In this document: piece by piece, positions 7,982-16,783 of the stretch
Layout: each line of letters begins with the position of its first letter
How positions within the stretch are numbered: the stretch's first letter is position 1
DNA from: a virus
Taxonomy: Duplodnaviria > Caudoviricetes
Strand: one strand, 5' to 3'
Virus record (IMG/VR): IMGVR_UViG_3300047565_000115
Location: 1-54,945 of that record
DNA: 54,945 nucleotides
Translations under genes and position numbers: made by a program
Notes under the pieces: model-generated
The model's input: the letters and a program-made list of their open reading frames with translations, nothing else
What the model was told of the DNA's origin: nothing
The model's database searches: none

Positions 7982-8012
7982 CAATTAACAAAAATTTAAA
8001 CAATTAAAACAA

Positions 8013-8840
8013 ATGAAAACAAAATTTAGTAATTCGGAATTAGTACACAAATTTGCAGAACGTAGCCAAAGTAGTGGAGAATCTTGTAATATGTTTTTTA
8101 GAAATACAAATGAAATTTATTCATACGGATACCACTATTTATTGGGGAAATTTATTGACATAAACGGCGAAGCTTGTATCTTAATAGACAATAGGGGCTA
8201 TTCAAATACAACCTCTAAGCATATAAGCCTATTAATTCAAGGGGCAAGGCAATATAAACAGTATTTTACCTTAGATGTTGAATTTCGACACGTTGAAAGT
8301 AGTATTTTAGCTAACTATAAAAATTTGTTGAAAGCCAAAAAGCCTGAATTGTATATTGGTCAAATAATAAGCAAGTTCGAAAGTCTTATTAATTATCCTT
8401 TATTTGATACCAAACTAAAAAAGGACGATAAATTTAAGGCAATTGAAAAAATATATAAATCAGTTTCGTCACCAGAACAAATAGCAAAAGCAAAAGAGGT
8501 ACAAAAAGCAATTGAGTTAAAAGCTAAAAAAGCCGCAACCAAGAAATTAAAGGAGGATTTAAAGAAATTTGAAAACTATGAAATTGACTATCTAAGAAAT
8601 GAGGAAGACTTTTTAAGAATAAGCCAAGACAAAACACAAGTTGAAACCTCACAAAGTGTAAAGGTGGATATAAAAGAGGCAAAAATCCTTTATAGCATGA
8701 TTTTAGCGAATAGGGATATTAAAGGTCATAAAATCGGTAATTATACCGTAATTTCAATAAACGGCACTTTAAAAATTGGCTGTCATCACATTAATATAGA
8801 ATCAATGCACAAAGTAGGAAAACAAATATTAAACTATTAA
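8013..8840 (+). CDS. Hypothetical phage protein
   Basis: 275 aa; IYSYGYHY..YSNTTSKH..GTLKIGCH motifs. Confidence 0.75.
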   Translation: MKTKFSNSELVHKFAERSQSSGESCNMFFRNTNEIYSYGYHYLLGKFIDINGEACILIDNRGYSNTTSKHISLLIQGARQYKQYFTLDVEFRHVESSILANYKNLLKAKKPELYIGQIISKFESLINYPLFDTKLKKDDKFKAIEKIYKSVSSPEQIAKAKEVQKAIELKAKKAATKKLKEDLKKFENYEIDYLRNEEDFLRISQDKTQVETSQSVKVDIKEAKILYSMILANRDIKGHKIGNYTVISINGTLKIGCHHINIESMHKVGKQILNY

Positions 8841-8852
8841 ATAATAATAAAA

Positions 8853-9350
8853 ATGAGCAATTTAATAAGATTAAAACAAATAGAACCGTTTTCGATTAGG
8901 CTTAATTTGTGGCTTAAAAATTGGTTTAAACAACACGAACAATATTTTGAATTTTCGGATTTTGACGATTTCGATTTATACGAACAAAGGGAATATTTGG
9001 AAAGATTAAAAACGAGATTTAGCGAAGAAAGAAAAATAACAGTTTGGTCGGGTTGTTCGGATAATTCAATTTTTGGAGATAGTACTGTAAATACTTATTT
9101 TCGAGCATGGCATGACTATAATCACATAGTGCATAATTTGGATTTTAGTTTTGAATCTGAAAGTTTAGTTTGTAGTATTCAAATGGCGGAACTTCCAAAC
9201 CATTACCATTTTGAAAAATTACTTTTATATGCCGATATTATAGGGCAAAACTTGTATTATAAACAACATAATGAATTTCCAATTAACCAAAGGTTATTTG
9301 TTTTAAACTTCTTAGAAAATCCATTTTTAACCATTAATACAAAATTGTAA
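8853..9350 (+). CDS. Hypothetical protein with putative metal-binding motif
   Basis: FRAWHDYNH..FSFESE..IGQ motif. Confidence 0.7.
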   Translation: MSNLIRLKQIEPFSIRLNLWLKNWFKQHEQYFEFSDFDDFDLYEQREYLERLKTRFSEERKITVWSGCSDNSIFGDSTVNTYFRAWHDYNHIVHNLDFSFESESLVCSIQMAELPNHYHFEKLLLYADIIGQNLYYKQHNEFPINQRLFVLNFLENPFLTINTKL

Positions 9351-9571
9351 TGAAATTAGAAATAAAAGAATCAGAAATAGCTTCGACTATCAAAGAAATA
9401 AGAAAGGCACAAAGGTATAGTATTAAGGATTTCGCCGAAAAATGTAAGTTCCCTAATTATCAATATCTGAGCAACTTAGAAACAGGAATCAAGCCCGCCA
9501 CATTTAAAAGTCTTGCAAAGGTATGCAAAGCGTGTAATTTTGAAATTAGTATCACTATTAAAGGTAAGTAA
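9350..9571 (+). CDS. XRE/HTH_3 transcriptional regulator
   Basis: IKEIRKAQRYSIKDFAEKC..YLSNLETG..TFKSLAKV. Confidence 0.85.
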   Translation: MKLEIKESEIASTIKEIRKAQRYSIKDFAEKCKFPNYQYLSNLETGIKPATFKSLAKVCKACNFEISITIKGK

Positions 9572-9574
9572 AAA

Positions 9575-9922
9575 ATGAAAAAAGAATATTTAAAAAACGA
9601 TAATCAAATATTAAACGAAATATTTAGACGACTAGGATACTTCCAATGTTGGCAATTAAATTACTCTAAATCTTTAATTATTTTAACACCTAGTGAGGCT
9701 AAAAGATTAGTATCAAAGGGGATATTAAAACCAAACAGCAAAGAAGTTGAAAGGGTATCTAATTGGTATTATTTAGATAAAAAAGGTATTGATTTATTTA
9801 AACCAATTACACAAAATAGAAACAAAAAAATATCTCCATTATTAAACGAAAAAATGTTTAATGGATTCCAATTAATAGATTTTAATAAATTAAACATTAA
9901 AGGAAATGAGAAGCAAATATAA
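9575..9922 (+). CDS. Hypothetical protein (possible wHTH)
   Basis: AKRLVSKGIL..WYYLDKKG pattern. Confidence 0.65.
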   Translation: MKKEYLKNDNQILNEIFRRLGYFQCWQLNYSKSLIILTPSEAKRLVSKGILKPNSKEVERVSNWYYLDKKGIDLFKPITQNRNKKISPLLNEKMFNGFQLIDFNKLNIKGNEKQI

Positions 9923-10190
9923 AATTTGTTATGGCATTTGGGGTAGAATGAACTGTTTAATATACTCCTCTGCTTCGTTAGAATTTCCTAAAAACGAGGA
10001 ACAAAGAAAACAAATTGAAATAACTATAAAACAATTAACTGATAATAAAACAGAAAAGAAAGTTTTATACACTAAAAGATTCGGGCATTTTGCAACAAAG
10101 AAAGGTACTGAAATTGTAAAGGAGGTTGATTTTATACTACCTTACCACGAATCAGAAAAGATACTAAATCAGATTAAAAACATAATTTAA
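9906..10190 (+). CDS. Hypothetical protein
   Basis: ORF in operon. Confidence 0.65.
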   Translation: MRSKYKICYGIWGRMNCLIYSSASLEFPKNEEQRKQIEITIKQLTDNKTEKKVLYTKRFGHFATKKGTEIVKEVDFILPYHESEKILNQIKNII

Positions 10191-10202
10191 ACAAATAAAG
10201 AA

Positions 10203-10394
10203 ATGAGAACAGTATATGAATTAAACCAAGACGAATTAAACGAACTAAGATGGGCATATTATGAGCAATTATGCGAAACAAGTCCAGACGTATTGGAAGA
10301 CTGCGATAGTCCAGAAGATATTCCAGAAGATATAATACTTAATCATTATGATGGAATACATTTTGAAGATGAAGACTTTTTTTGTAATATTTAA
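10203..10394 (+). CDS. Small highly acidic protein
   Basis: 63 aa, D/E-rich. Confidence 0.7.
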   Translation: MRTVYELNQDELNELRWAYYEQLCETSPDVLEDCDSPEDIPEDIILNHYDGIHFEDEDFFCNI

Positions 10395-10405
10395 TTAATA
10401 AAGAA

Positions 10406-10639
10406 ATGAGTATTATATTAAGTTTTGAAACCGCAAAAAAGTACCTAATAAATAATAAAGTTTATAAAGGTGCAATTATGACTGATTCTACTAATAAGAC
10501 TATTTATCTAACAATTCCGTATGGTCAAAAAAAAGGAGGTCAAACAAAAATCTATAAAATACCAAGTTTACACAATTGTAATAAACTTATTAATTATTGG
10601 CGTAGAAATGTAGACCAAACAAAAGTTTTTAATTACTAA
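10406..10639 (+). CDS. Hypothetical basic protein
   Basis: Last ORF before terminator. Confidence 0.6.
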   Translation: MSIILSFETAKKYLINNKVYKGAIMTDSTNKTIYLTIPYGQKKGGQTKIYKIPSLHNCNKLINYWRRNVDQTKVFNY

Positions 10640-10645
10640 TCAATT

Positions 10646-10672
10646 AACCTCCACTAAAAAGGAGGTTTTTTT
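10646..10672 (+). terminator. Intrinsic terminator
   Basis: AACCTCC-N8-GGAGGTT followed by T-tract. Confidence 0.8.
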
Positions 10673-10836
10673 ATTATATCTGTACTATGTATCACACAGT
10701 ACCAATAATAACACCTATAAGGCATAGTTAATTAAAAGTAAGTAGATAGGACTAAAATAAAAAAATAATGTATTGTAGGTACTTAAAACAAAGAAATAAG
10801 CGTATGTTTGTTGTCGTTTAATTAAACGAATTATTA

Positions 10837-11238
10837 ATGAACAATACAAAACAAGTAAATTCAAGGTCACTAGCGAACTTAAAACCTATTCAAAAGGGCG
10901 AAGTAAGAAACACAACAGGTATAGCAGGACGTAAAAAAGGGCTTGAAAGGTTGATCAAAGAAGCATTAACATTACAAGACTTAAAGGATATTGTTACCAA
11001 TGTAGCGAAGGAAGCTAAGGAAGGAAATATAAAAGCAGCAGAGTTTATATTTGATAGATTGTATGGTAAACCAACAGTGATGATTGATTTAATAGATTCC
11101 AAGGGTCAAACGTTTATCCAAAACAATTTCAATGTTGAAGTAAAGGGCAAAAGTGAGGATGACTTGAGCCAATTACTCATTGAATTGTCATCCGAGGAAC
11201 AAAATGAAGACGAAGAAAGTAGTGAAAACTTAGAATAA
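10837..11238 (+). CDS. terS: Terminase small subunit
   Basis: SLANLKPIQKGEVRN..GRKKG N-terminus and GNIKAAEFIFDRLYGKP (DUF5681-type); upstream of terL; promoter TATGTTTG at 10803-10810. Confidence 0.7.
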   Translation: MNNTKQVNSRSLANLKPIQKGEVRNTTGIAGRKKGLERLIKEALTLQDLKDIVTNVAKEAKEGNIKAAEFIFDRLYGKPTVMIDLIDSKGQTFIQNNFNVEVKGKSEDDLSQLLIELSSEEQNEDEESSENLE

Positions 11239-11246
11239 TACAATCA

Positions 11247-11274
11247 ATTTAACATAATATAAATTATAGAACAT
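11247..11274 (-). other. dif: dif-like XerC/XerD recombination site
   Basis: Minus strand ATGTTCTATAA-TTTATA-TTATGTTAAAT: canonical XerD arm, 6-bp spacer, XerC-like arm. Confidence 0.8.
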
Positions 11275-11375
11275 ATTATTCTTGGTTTTGTCACAATGTT
11301 AACTACCCCCCAAAAGGGAGTGGTTGGGTCGTTACCTACCCACAAGATAATTTCTAAAATCCAAAAAGTCTTTTC

Positions 11376-11738
11376 ATGAAACATTCATTCATTTTACCCT
11401 TACAAGTGTATCCTTTCGATATATTATTTAGTATTGGTCAAACTGATGCGGAACTACTTGTTCTTTTGTCTAAGTATGGTCTTGATGAATATATTGACGA
11501 GTTTATTCTTTCTAAAACAGTCAGAGGTAGGACAGTAATGTTGCCAAGTAACCAAACAGTTATTCGTTTAAAGTCAAACTATGATGTTGGGGTATTGTGT
11601 CACGAGGTATTCCATGCAGTTAGTTTTATTTTAAGTAAGGTTGGTATTCCATTGGAGGTTATGAAGTCAGACGAGGCTTATGCTTATTTGATTGAGTATG
11701 TTATCAATTGTTTTATAAAAGAGGTAAAGAGGCGATAA
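11376..11738 (+). CDS. HExxH-motif protein (putative zincin-like)
   Basis: CHEVFHAV..EAYAYLIEY. Confidence 0.65.
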   Translation: MKHSFILPLQVYPFDILFSIGQTDAELLVLLSKYGLDEYIDEFILSKTVRGRTVMLPSNQTVIRLKSNYDVGVLCHEVFHAVSFILSKVGIPLEVMKSDEAYAYLIEYVINCFIKEVKRR

Positions 11739-11962
11739 TTTTTTTTATAAATTTTTCAAAGTGTTTTTGTGATACTTCTTTCGAAACAATCATCTAATGG
11801 TAAAACAACGTTTGGGATAGGTAAGAATGGTGTAATAAGTAGTCAAAATATCTTAATAGATAGATAGAGGGACGTTTTGGTTAAATAACTTATTATTAAT
11901 TAGTTACAAGAAAAAAATAACATTTACATACACAAATAAAAACATTTGTAGATACACCTTTC

Positions 11963-11998
11963 TTGCATTATATATACAGATTCACTATATTTGTGAAT
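11963..11998 (+). promoter_or_regulatory. Promoter directly abutting ATG, overlapped by ATTCAC-N7-GTGAAT repeat
   Basis: TTG 11963-11965, 20 nt, TATATTTG 11986-11993, ATG 11997. Confidence 0.6.
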
Positions 11999-12419
11999 GA
12001 TTAGGAAGAAATTTACAAGCCAAACAATTGTTGTTGATGAAGAAGGTGAGGTCAAGGATTCTTCTTTAAAGTCTCATTATTATAACAACCGTAAGGGTGA
12101 AAAGTTTTATATTATGTATAGTGGAATAGAGGAATTGTTTATGGGTATGGAGTCTTCCGAGATTCGTGTGTACGGTTATTTATTAAGGTATAGTAGTGGT
12201 TTGACTTTTCAGTTAAATAAAAGTGAACGTTTGTCTATGGCTGAAAAAACTGGATTAAATGAAAGGACGATTTATAATCTTATACCAAAACTTCTTCAAA
12301 AGAAAATATTATTAAGGGTTAAGAATGATAGATTTATTATGAATCCTGAATTAGTATTTTATGGTGGCAGAGACCCAAGAGATGAATTTTTAATTAAAGT
12401 AAAAAACGGACAAGTATGA
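11997..12419 (+). CDS. RepL-like HTH replication/maintenance or regulatory protein
   Basis: MAEKTGLNERTIYNLIPKLLQKKIL..FIMNPELVFYG matches RepL-type wHTH. Confidence 0.65.
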   Translation: MIRKKFTSQTIVVDEEGEVKDSSLKSHYYNNRKGEKFYIMYSGIEELFMGMESSEIRVYGYLLRYSSGLTFQLNKSERLSMAEKTGLNERTIYNLIPKLLQKKILLRVKNDRFIMNPELVFYGGRDPRDEFLIKVKNGQV

Positions 12420-12640
12420 AAGATGAAATAATTGTTAGTGTAACTATTAATAATAGTAAGTACGAATTTGCGGATATAAAAGAACTTGCTTGTTTTTTTC
12501 AAGAGGTTATTGAAGATTTAGAGACTGATTTCGAAATAGAGACTACTCTACTACAAAGAGAACACGCACTTGAAGTTATGAAATTAAAGTTAGAGATTCG
12601 TGAATTAAAGAAGAAGTTAAAGAATGAGAAAAGAAATTGA
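12416..12640 (+). CDS. Hypothetical coiled-coil protein
   Basis: ATGA-coupled. Confidence 0.65.
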   Translation: MKDEIIVSVTINNSKYEFADIKELACFFQEVIEDLETDFEIETTLLQREHALEVMKLKLEIRELKKKLKNEKRN

Positions 12641-12797
12641 GTTGGTTTTATACGAAATAAAGCATGGTATCTTTCCGCAACCATTTGAAGTTTCTTTTGA
12701 AGAATATATTTTAATTGAGGAAGCGGTTAAAAAGAAGAAAAAGGATTTTGAATTGTTGTATAGTTATATGGATAAATGGAGTAAATTAATAGCATGA
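12624..12797 (+). CDS. Small hypothetical protein (57 aa, not in ORF track)
   Basis: MRKEIELVLY..; stop overlaps terL ATG (ATGA). Confidence 0.55.
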   Translation: MRKEIELVLYEIKHGIFPQPFEVSFEEYILIEEAVKKKKKDFELLYSYMDKWSKLIA

Positions 12798-15268
12798 CAG
12801 AAAAAACCAAAGAGCAAGTTATTAGGGAGGCTAAGATGGAGATTATCCGCTTGCAGTTAGCGAGGTTAAGTATGAAGCACTTTGTTCCACACGTTAACCA
12901 AAACTACAAAGCAGAATGGTTTCATACTTATATCATGTCGAGGTTGGATGCTTTTGAAAGGGGAGAGGTTAATAAGATAATGATTTCACTTCCACCCCAA
13001 ACAGGCAAGGAAATAGCTGATAATGAGCGAGTTATGACAAAAAATGGCTTCAAAAATCATGGCGACTTGGTTATTGGAGATTATGTTTTTGGATTAGATG
13101 GTAAACCTAAGAGGGTTTTAGCTTTATCTGAAAAAGTCCTTAGCACTCATAGGATTACCTTTAGCGACAACACGACTATTGATTGTCACGAGAACCATGA
13201 ATGGGTAGTCTACAAAAAGCGAGGCAATGAATTAGTAAAGTTAGAAACCAAACAAATGATTGATGACTTAACTTTTCAAAACGGAAATAAGAAAAGTTAT
13301 ATGTATTCACTTCCTTTCTTTGAGCCAATAGAAATGGAAGAATCTGATTTACATGTTCATCCTTATTTATTGGGTTTTTGGCTTGGTGATGGTGATAAAA
13401 AGGCAAGCAGGATATGTAAACCAAAAGCAAGTCTCGAAAAGATAATCAACAAGATTAGTTCTCTTGGTTACGAGTGCTCTACGCCATATAAAACAAGCAA
13501 CGATTATGACCTATGGTACACTAATGTTTATGGACTCGTAGGGCTTAATAAACAGATTGGAGTTTATGATAATAAACATATACCCGAACAGTACTTGTTG
13601 GCTTCGAAACAACAAAGGTTAGAACTACTTGCTGGCTTACTTGATAGTGATGGGTGTTGTTACGAGGATATTCGATATAAGAATAGCCAAAGAGTCGACT
13701 TCTCAAATACGAATAAAGGATTAGTTGAAGCAGTAAGATTTATTTGTAATTCCTTTGGGTGGAATACTTATTGGTCAGAAGTTCCACCTACACTAAGTAC
13801 AGGTGGAATACAAGGAAAGCAAATTAATTATAGAGTTCACTTTTCACCGACAGAACCAATACCAACTGTAAGACTAAATATAAGAGGGTGTGCAGTAAAA
13901 AGAAAACGCAAGATAGAAAAGATTGAACCACTTGGCGACAAAGCTACGATGGGTAGATGTATTCAAGTTGAAGATGGTATTTATTTGGTAGGAGAGACTT
14001 TTATTCCAACTCACAACTCCGAGTTAAGCACACGTACCTTTATTCCCTATGCAATAGGCAAGAACCCACGCAGAAAGATAGCAGTAGTAACTTATGGGCA
14101 ACAGTTGTCAAATTCTTTTAATAGAGATATAAAGGCTAATATGATGTCTAAGGAGTACAAGAACCTATTCCCTGATATAGTCTTAGGCACAAGGGCTGGC
14201 GATATGGCTATGTTAGAGAACTCAATGGAGCGTATGGACATAGGCAGGATAGTTGATGGCAAGTTAGTGCGTTCTGATGGTTTTATTAAGACTACTGCCG
14301 TTACTGCCCCCTTGACTGGCACGCCCGTTGATATGCTTGTGATTGACGACTTGTACAAGGACATGGAGGAAGCACAATCGGAAACGGTTAGACAAAGTAG
14401 ATGGGATTGGTGGTTTAGTGTTGCTAACTCACGACTTCATAACGATAGTCAAGTTTTGTTCTTGATGACAAGGTGGCACGAAGATGACCTTGCAGGAAAA
14501 TTATTAAAGACACAAGGTCACGAATGGGAGGTTATAAGGATGCCTTCCTTAAAAGATAACTTCCAAGCCGACTATGACCCACGACAAGAGGGTGAGGCGT
14601 TATACCCTTCGAGACATTCAAGAGAAAGAATGTTGCAGATTAAGAAAGACAACCCAACTACTTTTAATGCTCTTTACCAACAAGACCCTAAGCCACCCGA
14701 AAACTTGTTGGTGTTTGGAGATTGGGGGGAACTTAACGATTGGAAACCACAAGGTACTAAATTCTACGGATTGGATTTGGGATACACCAACGACCCAACT
14801 GCATTAACGGAGATATGGGTAGAGAAAAGGTCGGGACAAAAGCCGATGATATATTTAAGGGAACTAATATACAAAACAGGCTTAAACAATAGAACCCTGA
14901 TGGAACTATTTAAAGCCGTTGGGGTAAAAAAGAACGATATTATAGTTTGCGACACTAACGAGCCTAAGACCCTAAATGAGTTCCGAGAGAATGGCTACAC
15001 TATTCGCAAAGCTATAAAGGGCAAAGACAGTATAAAGGCTGGTATTAGGAAGCTAAAAGAGTTTGACGTAAGATTTAGTAAGGACAGTAGAAACCTTTTG
15101 TATGAGCGAAACAATTACGTGTACGTCATGAGTGGAGGCAGAATAACCGATGTACCTACTACTATCAATAATCATGGAATTGATAGCGTTAGAACGGCCG
15201 TCTACACTATGTTCTACACAGGAAAAAGAACTGGTAACTCAAAAAAAAGAGGGATAAGAAGTGCATAA
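12794..15268 (+). CDS. terL: Terminase large subunit with intein
   Basis: Walker A PPQTGK|S split by intein, Walker B LVIDD, MTRWHEDDLAG, ALYQQDP, nuclease GLDLGYTNDPTA and NHGIDSVR. Confidence 0.95.
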   Translation: MTEKTKEQVIREAKMEIIRLQLARLSMKHFVPHVNQNYKAEWFHTYIMSRLDAFERGEVNKIMISLPPQTGKEIADNERVMTKNGFKNHGDLVIGDYVFGLDGKPKRVLALSEKVLSTHRITFSDNTTIDCHENHEWVVYKKRGNELVKLETKQMIDDLTFQNGNKKSYMYSLPFFEPIEMEESDLHVHPYLLGFWLGDGDKKASRICKPKASLEKIINKISSLGYECSTPYKTSNDYDLWYTNVYGLVGLNKQIGVYDNKHIPEQYLLASKQQRLELLAGLLDSDGCCYEDIRYKNSQRVDFSNTNKGLVEAVRFICNSFGWNTYWSEVPPTLSTGGIQGKQINYRVHFSPTEPIPTVRLNIRGCAVKRKRKIEKIEPLGDKATMGRCIQVEDGIYLVGETFIPTHNSELSTRTFIPYAIGKNPRRKIAVVTYGQQLSNSFNRDIKANMMSKEYKNLFPDIVLGTRAGDMAMLENSMERMDIGRIVDGKLVRSDGFIKTTAVTAPLTGTPVDMLVIDDLYKDMEEAQSETVRQSRWDWWFSVANSRLHNDSQVLFLMTRWHEDDLAGKLLKTQGHEWEVIRMPSLKDNFQADYDPRQEGEALYPSRHSRERMLQIKKDNPTTFNALYQQDPKPPENLLVFGDWGELNDWKPQGTKFYGLDLGYTNDPTALTEIWVEKRSGQKPMIYLRELIYKTGLNNRTLMELFKAVGVKKNDIIVCDTNEPKTLNEFRENGYTIRKAIKGKDSIKAGIRKLKEFDVRFSKDSRNLLYERNNYVYVMSGGRITDVPTTINNHGIDSVRTAVYTMFYTGKRTGNSKKRGIRSA
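13010..14017 (+). mobile_element. Class 3 intein (336 aa) with LAGLIDADG homing endonuclease
   Basis: Begins EIADNERV, block B HENHEW, block F GRCIQV, block G IPTHN|S; PYLLGFWLGDG and LLAGLLDSDG. Confidence 0.9.
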
Positions 15269-15328
15269 GTCAGAAATTTTTTGTATTATTGCAGTTTAAT
15301 TTTTGCAAATATTAAATTTTTTATTATC

Positions 15329-15757
15329 ATGAAAAAACTGCTTTTTATTCTTGCTCTCTTTGTGGGAACATCGGCTATGGCACAATCAACGTATCCGACT
15401 ATCAACCCTAACAAGTTATCTAACCTATTGTCTTTTGTTGGTCATGCGGTGACAGACACGATTACTAACTCTACGGCAGAGTATCAGTACGGTACTGTAA
15501 CAGGGACTAATACTGCTATTACTGTTAGTGTATTATTGACCAAAGGAACAGGTACTCCTGCTGGCACCCTTTATTTTCAAGGCTCTCTTGATGCAACCAA
15601 TTGGAAAACTATCGCATCTGATACAATGACAGATACTGCAACCCAATCATTAATTTATAATCAAGCACCTACTTATTACACGTATTACCGAGTCTATGTG
15701 GCAGCGTCAGGAACGCAAAGTACTTACTTAAATACGAAAGTTCTTGTTAAGAAATAA
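15329..15757 (+). CDS. Signal-peptide-bearing Thr-rich beta protein
   Basis: MKKLLFILALFVGTSAMA|QS Sec signal; FQGSLDATNW motif; ATG 15329 preferred over TTG 15281. Confidence 0.75.
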   Translation: MKKLLFILALFVGTSAMAQSTYPTINPNKLSNLLSFVGHAVTDTITNSTAEYQYGTVTGTNTAITVSVLLTKGTGTPAGTLYFQGSLDATNWKTIASDTMTDTATQSLIYNQAPTYYTYYRVYVAASGTQSTYLNTKVLVKK

Positions 15758-15761
15758 AACT

Positions 15762-15788
15762 AAGCCTCACTCAACAGTGGGGCTTTTT
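15762..15788. terminator. Terminator between convergent genes
   Basis: AAGCCTCACT-CAAC-AGTGGGGCTT + T-tract. Confidence 0.7.
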
Positions 15789-16030
15789 AATTCCTTTACT
15801 ATCTCCTTCCATTGCCAATCACCATTCGACTTATTGTAAATATCTATTAGCTTCTTTAGTGACACCCCACTATTAAATACGGTCACATACTGCCACCAAA
15901 ACACCTTTCCATAAGGTTGTATTCCAAACTTAGTCTTAACCTTCTTCAAGGCGTTTACGCAAGCAATATAATTACTATAATGTCCTAACCTTAAAAGGTC
16001 TTTTGGCTTTATTTCTTCGTTGTTGTCCAT
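15767..16030 (-). CDS. Small protein divergent from the structural operon, probably leaderless
   Basis: Fills a gap; minus-strand TACTTTTG at 16043-16036 just before ATG 16030. Confidence 0.65.
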   Translation of the reverse strand: MDNNEEIKPKDLLRLGHYSNYIACVNALKKVKTKFGIQPYGKVFWWQYVTVFNSGVSLKKLIDIYNKSNGDWQWKEIVKELKSPTVE

Positions 16031-16156
16031 GTTCACAAAAGTAATAAACTATTCACTTATTTAAAAGCCATTTTAATAAAATATTTCTTTAAACGTAGTT
16101 TTGGGTGTTCGGACGAGGGGCAAGTCCATTATTATTAACATAAAAAATTTAACGAT

Positions 16157-16783
16157 ATGGCTTTTGACCCTTTTAAATGTGGTACGGTTGCAAGTTTCCC
16201 AGAGATTTTAGCTGCTGACGTAGCTTGTTCTACTTCGATAGACCAAACACAAAAACTTGCTTTTGTAGAGACTGCTGATATAGCTGCTTTTGATGCTACC
16301 ACTATCCTTGCATCGGCTACTTGGACACCATTGGTTGCAGATAAGAGCATTGTACTTAGTCCATTTGTATCTGACTTCGTAATTACCGCAGGAGACTTCC
16401 AAGAAGAAGCAAACGAAAACAACTTAGATGGCATTCCTCAATATATGGGTAATGGATTCTCGGTAGTAGAGTTTAACTTTAAAGGTGCTGTTCCTGCAAC
16501 AATCGCTAAATTAGACCAATTGACTAACCTAAGTTCAAGAATCGCAGGTATCACTGGTTTACATGTTTACTTCTTGGGAAGAAATTCAAGAATCACTGCT
16601 AAAACAACTGGCGTTGCCATTCCGATTTATAACTTTGCAATCAAAGACTTGGGTTCGGAAGGTAGAAATAAGCCTAATGTTTACGCAGCGAGATTCTACT
16701 TGAAAGAGGACTGGTCTAAAGAGATTAAGACTTTTGACGCATCATTTGACCCAATCGCTACATTGGTTAACCCTGCATCATAA
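16157..16783 (+). CDS. Major structural protein, probable tail tube (B40-8 MP2-like)
   Basis: C..C..QTQKLAF, LSPFV, NLDGIP motifs recalled from B40-8-like phages; high-expression codon bias; promoter TAGTTTTG at 16096-16103. Confidence 0.6.
   Translation: MAFDPFKCGTVASFPEILAADVACSTSIDQTQKLAFVETADIAAFDATTILASATWTPLVADKSIVLSPFVSDFVITAGDFQEEANENNLDGIPQYMGNGFSVVEFNFKGAVPATIAKLDQLTNLSSRIAGITGLHVYFLGRNSRITAKTTGVAIPIYNFAIKDLGSEGRNKPNVYAARFYLKEDWSKEIKTFDASFDPIATLVNPAS

Larger units (their letters stand above)
7440..8006 (+). repeat. 22-bp exact direct repeat TTAACAAAAATTTAAACAATTA (7440-7461, 7985-8006)
   Basis: Identical copies bracket ORFs 7468 and 7691. Confidence 0.8.

Noticed and set aside
7088-8006. 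Possible CRISPR array from AAACAATT repeats
   Set aside because: Repeats are separated by whole ORFs of variable length, not 30-40 nt spacers; no cas genes
11302-11342. G/C-rich hairpins after dif as pac/cos site
   Set aside because: Plausible by position, but nothing in the sequence alone identifies a packaging site; needs terminus mapping
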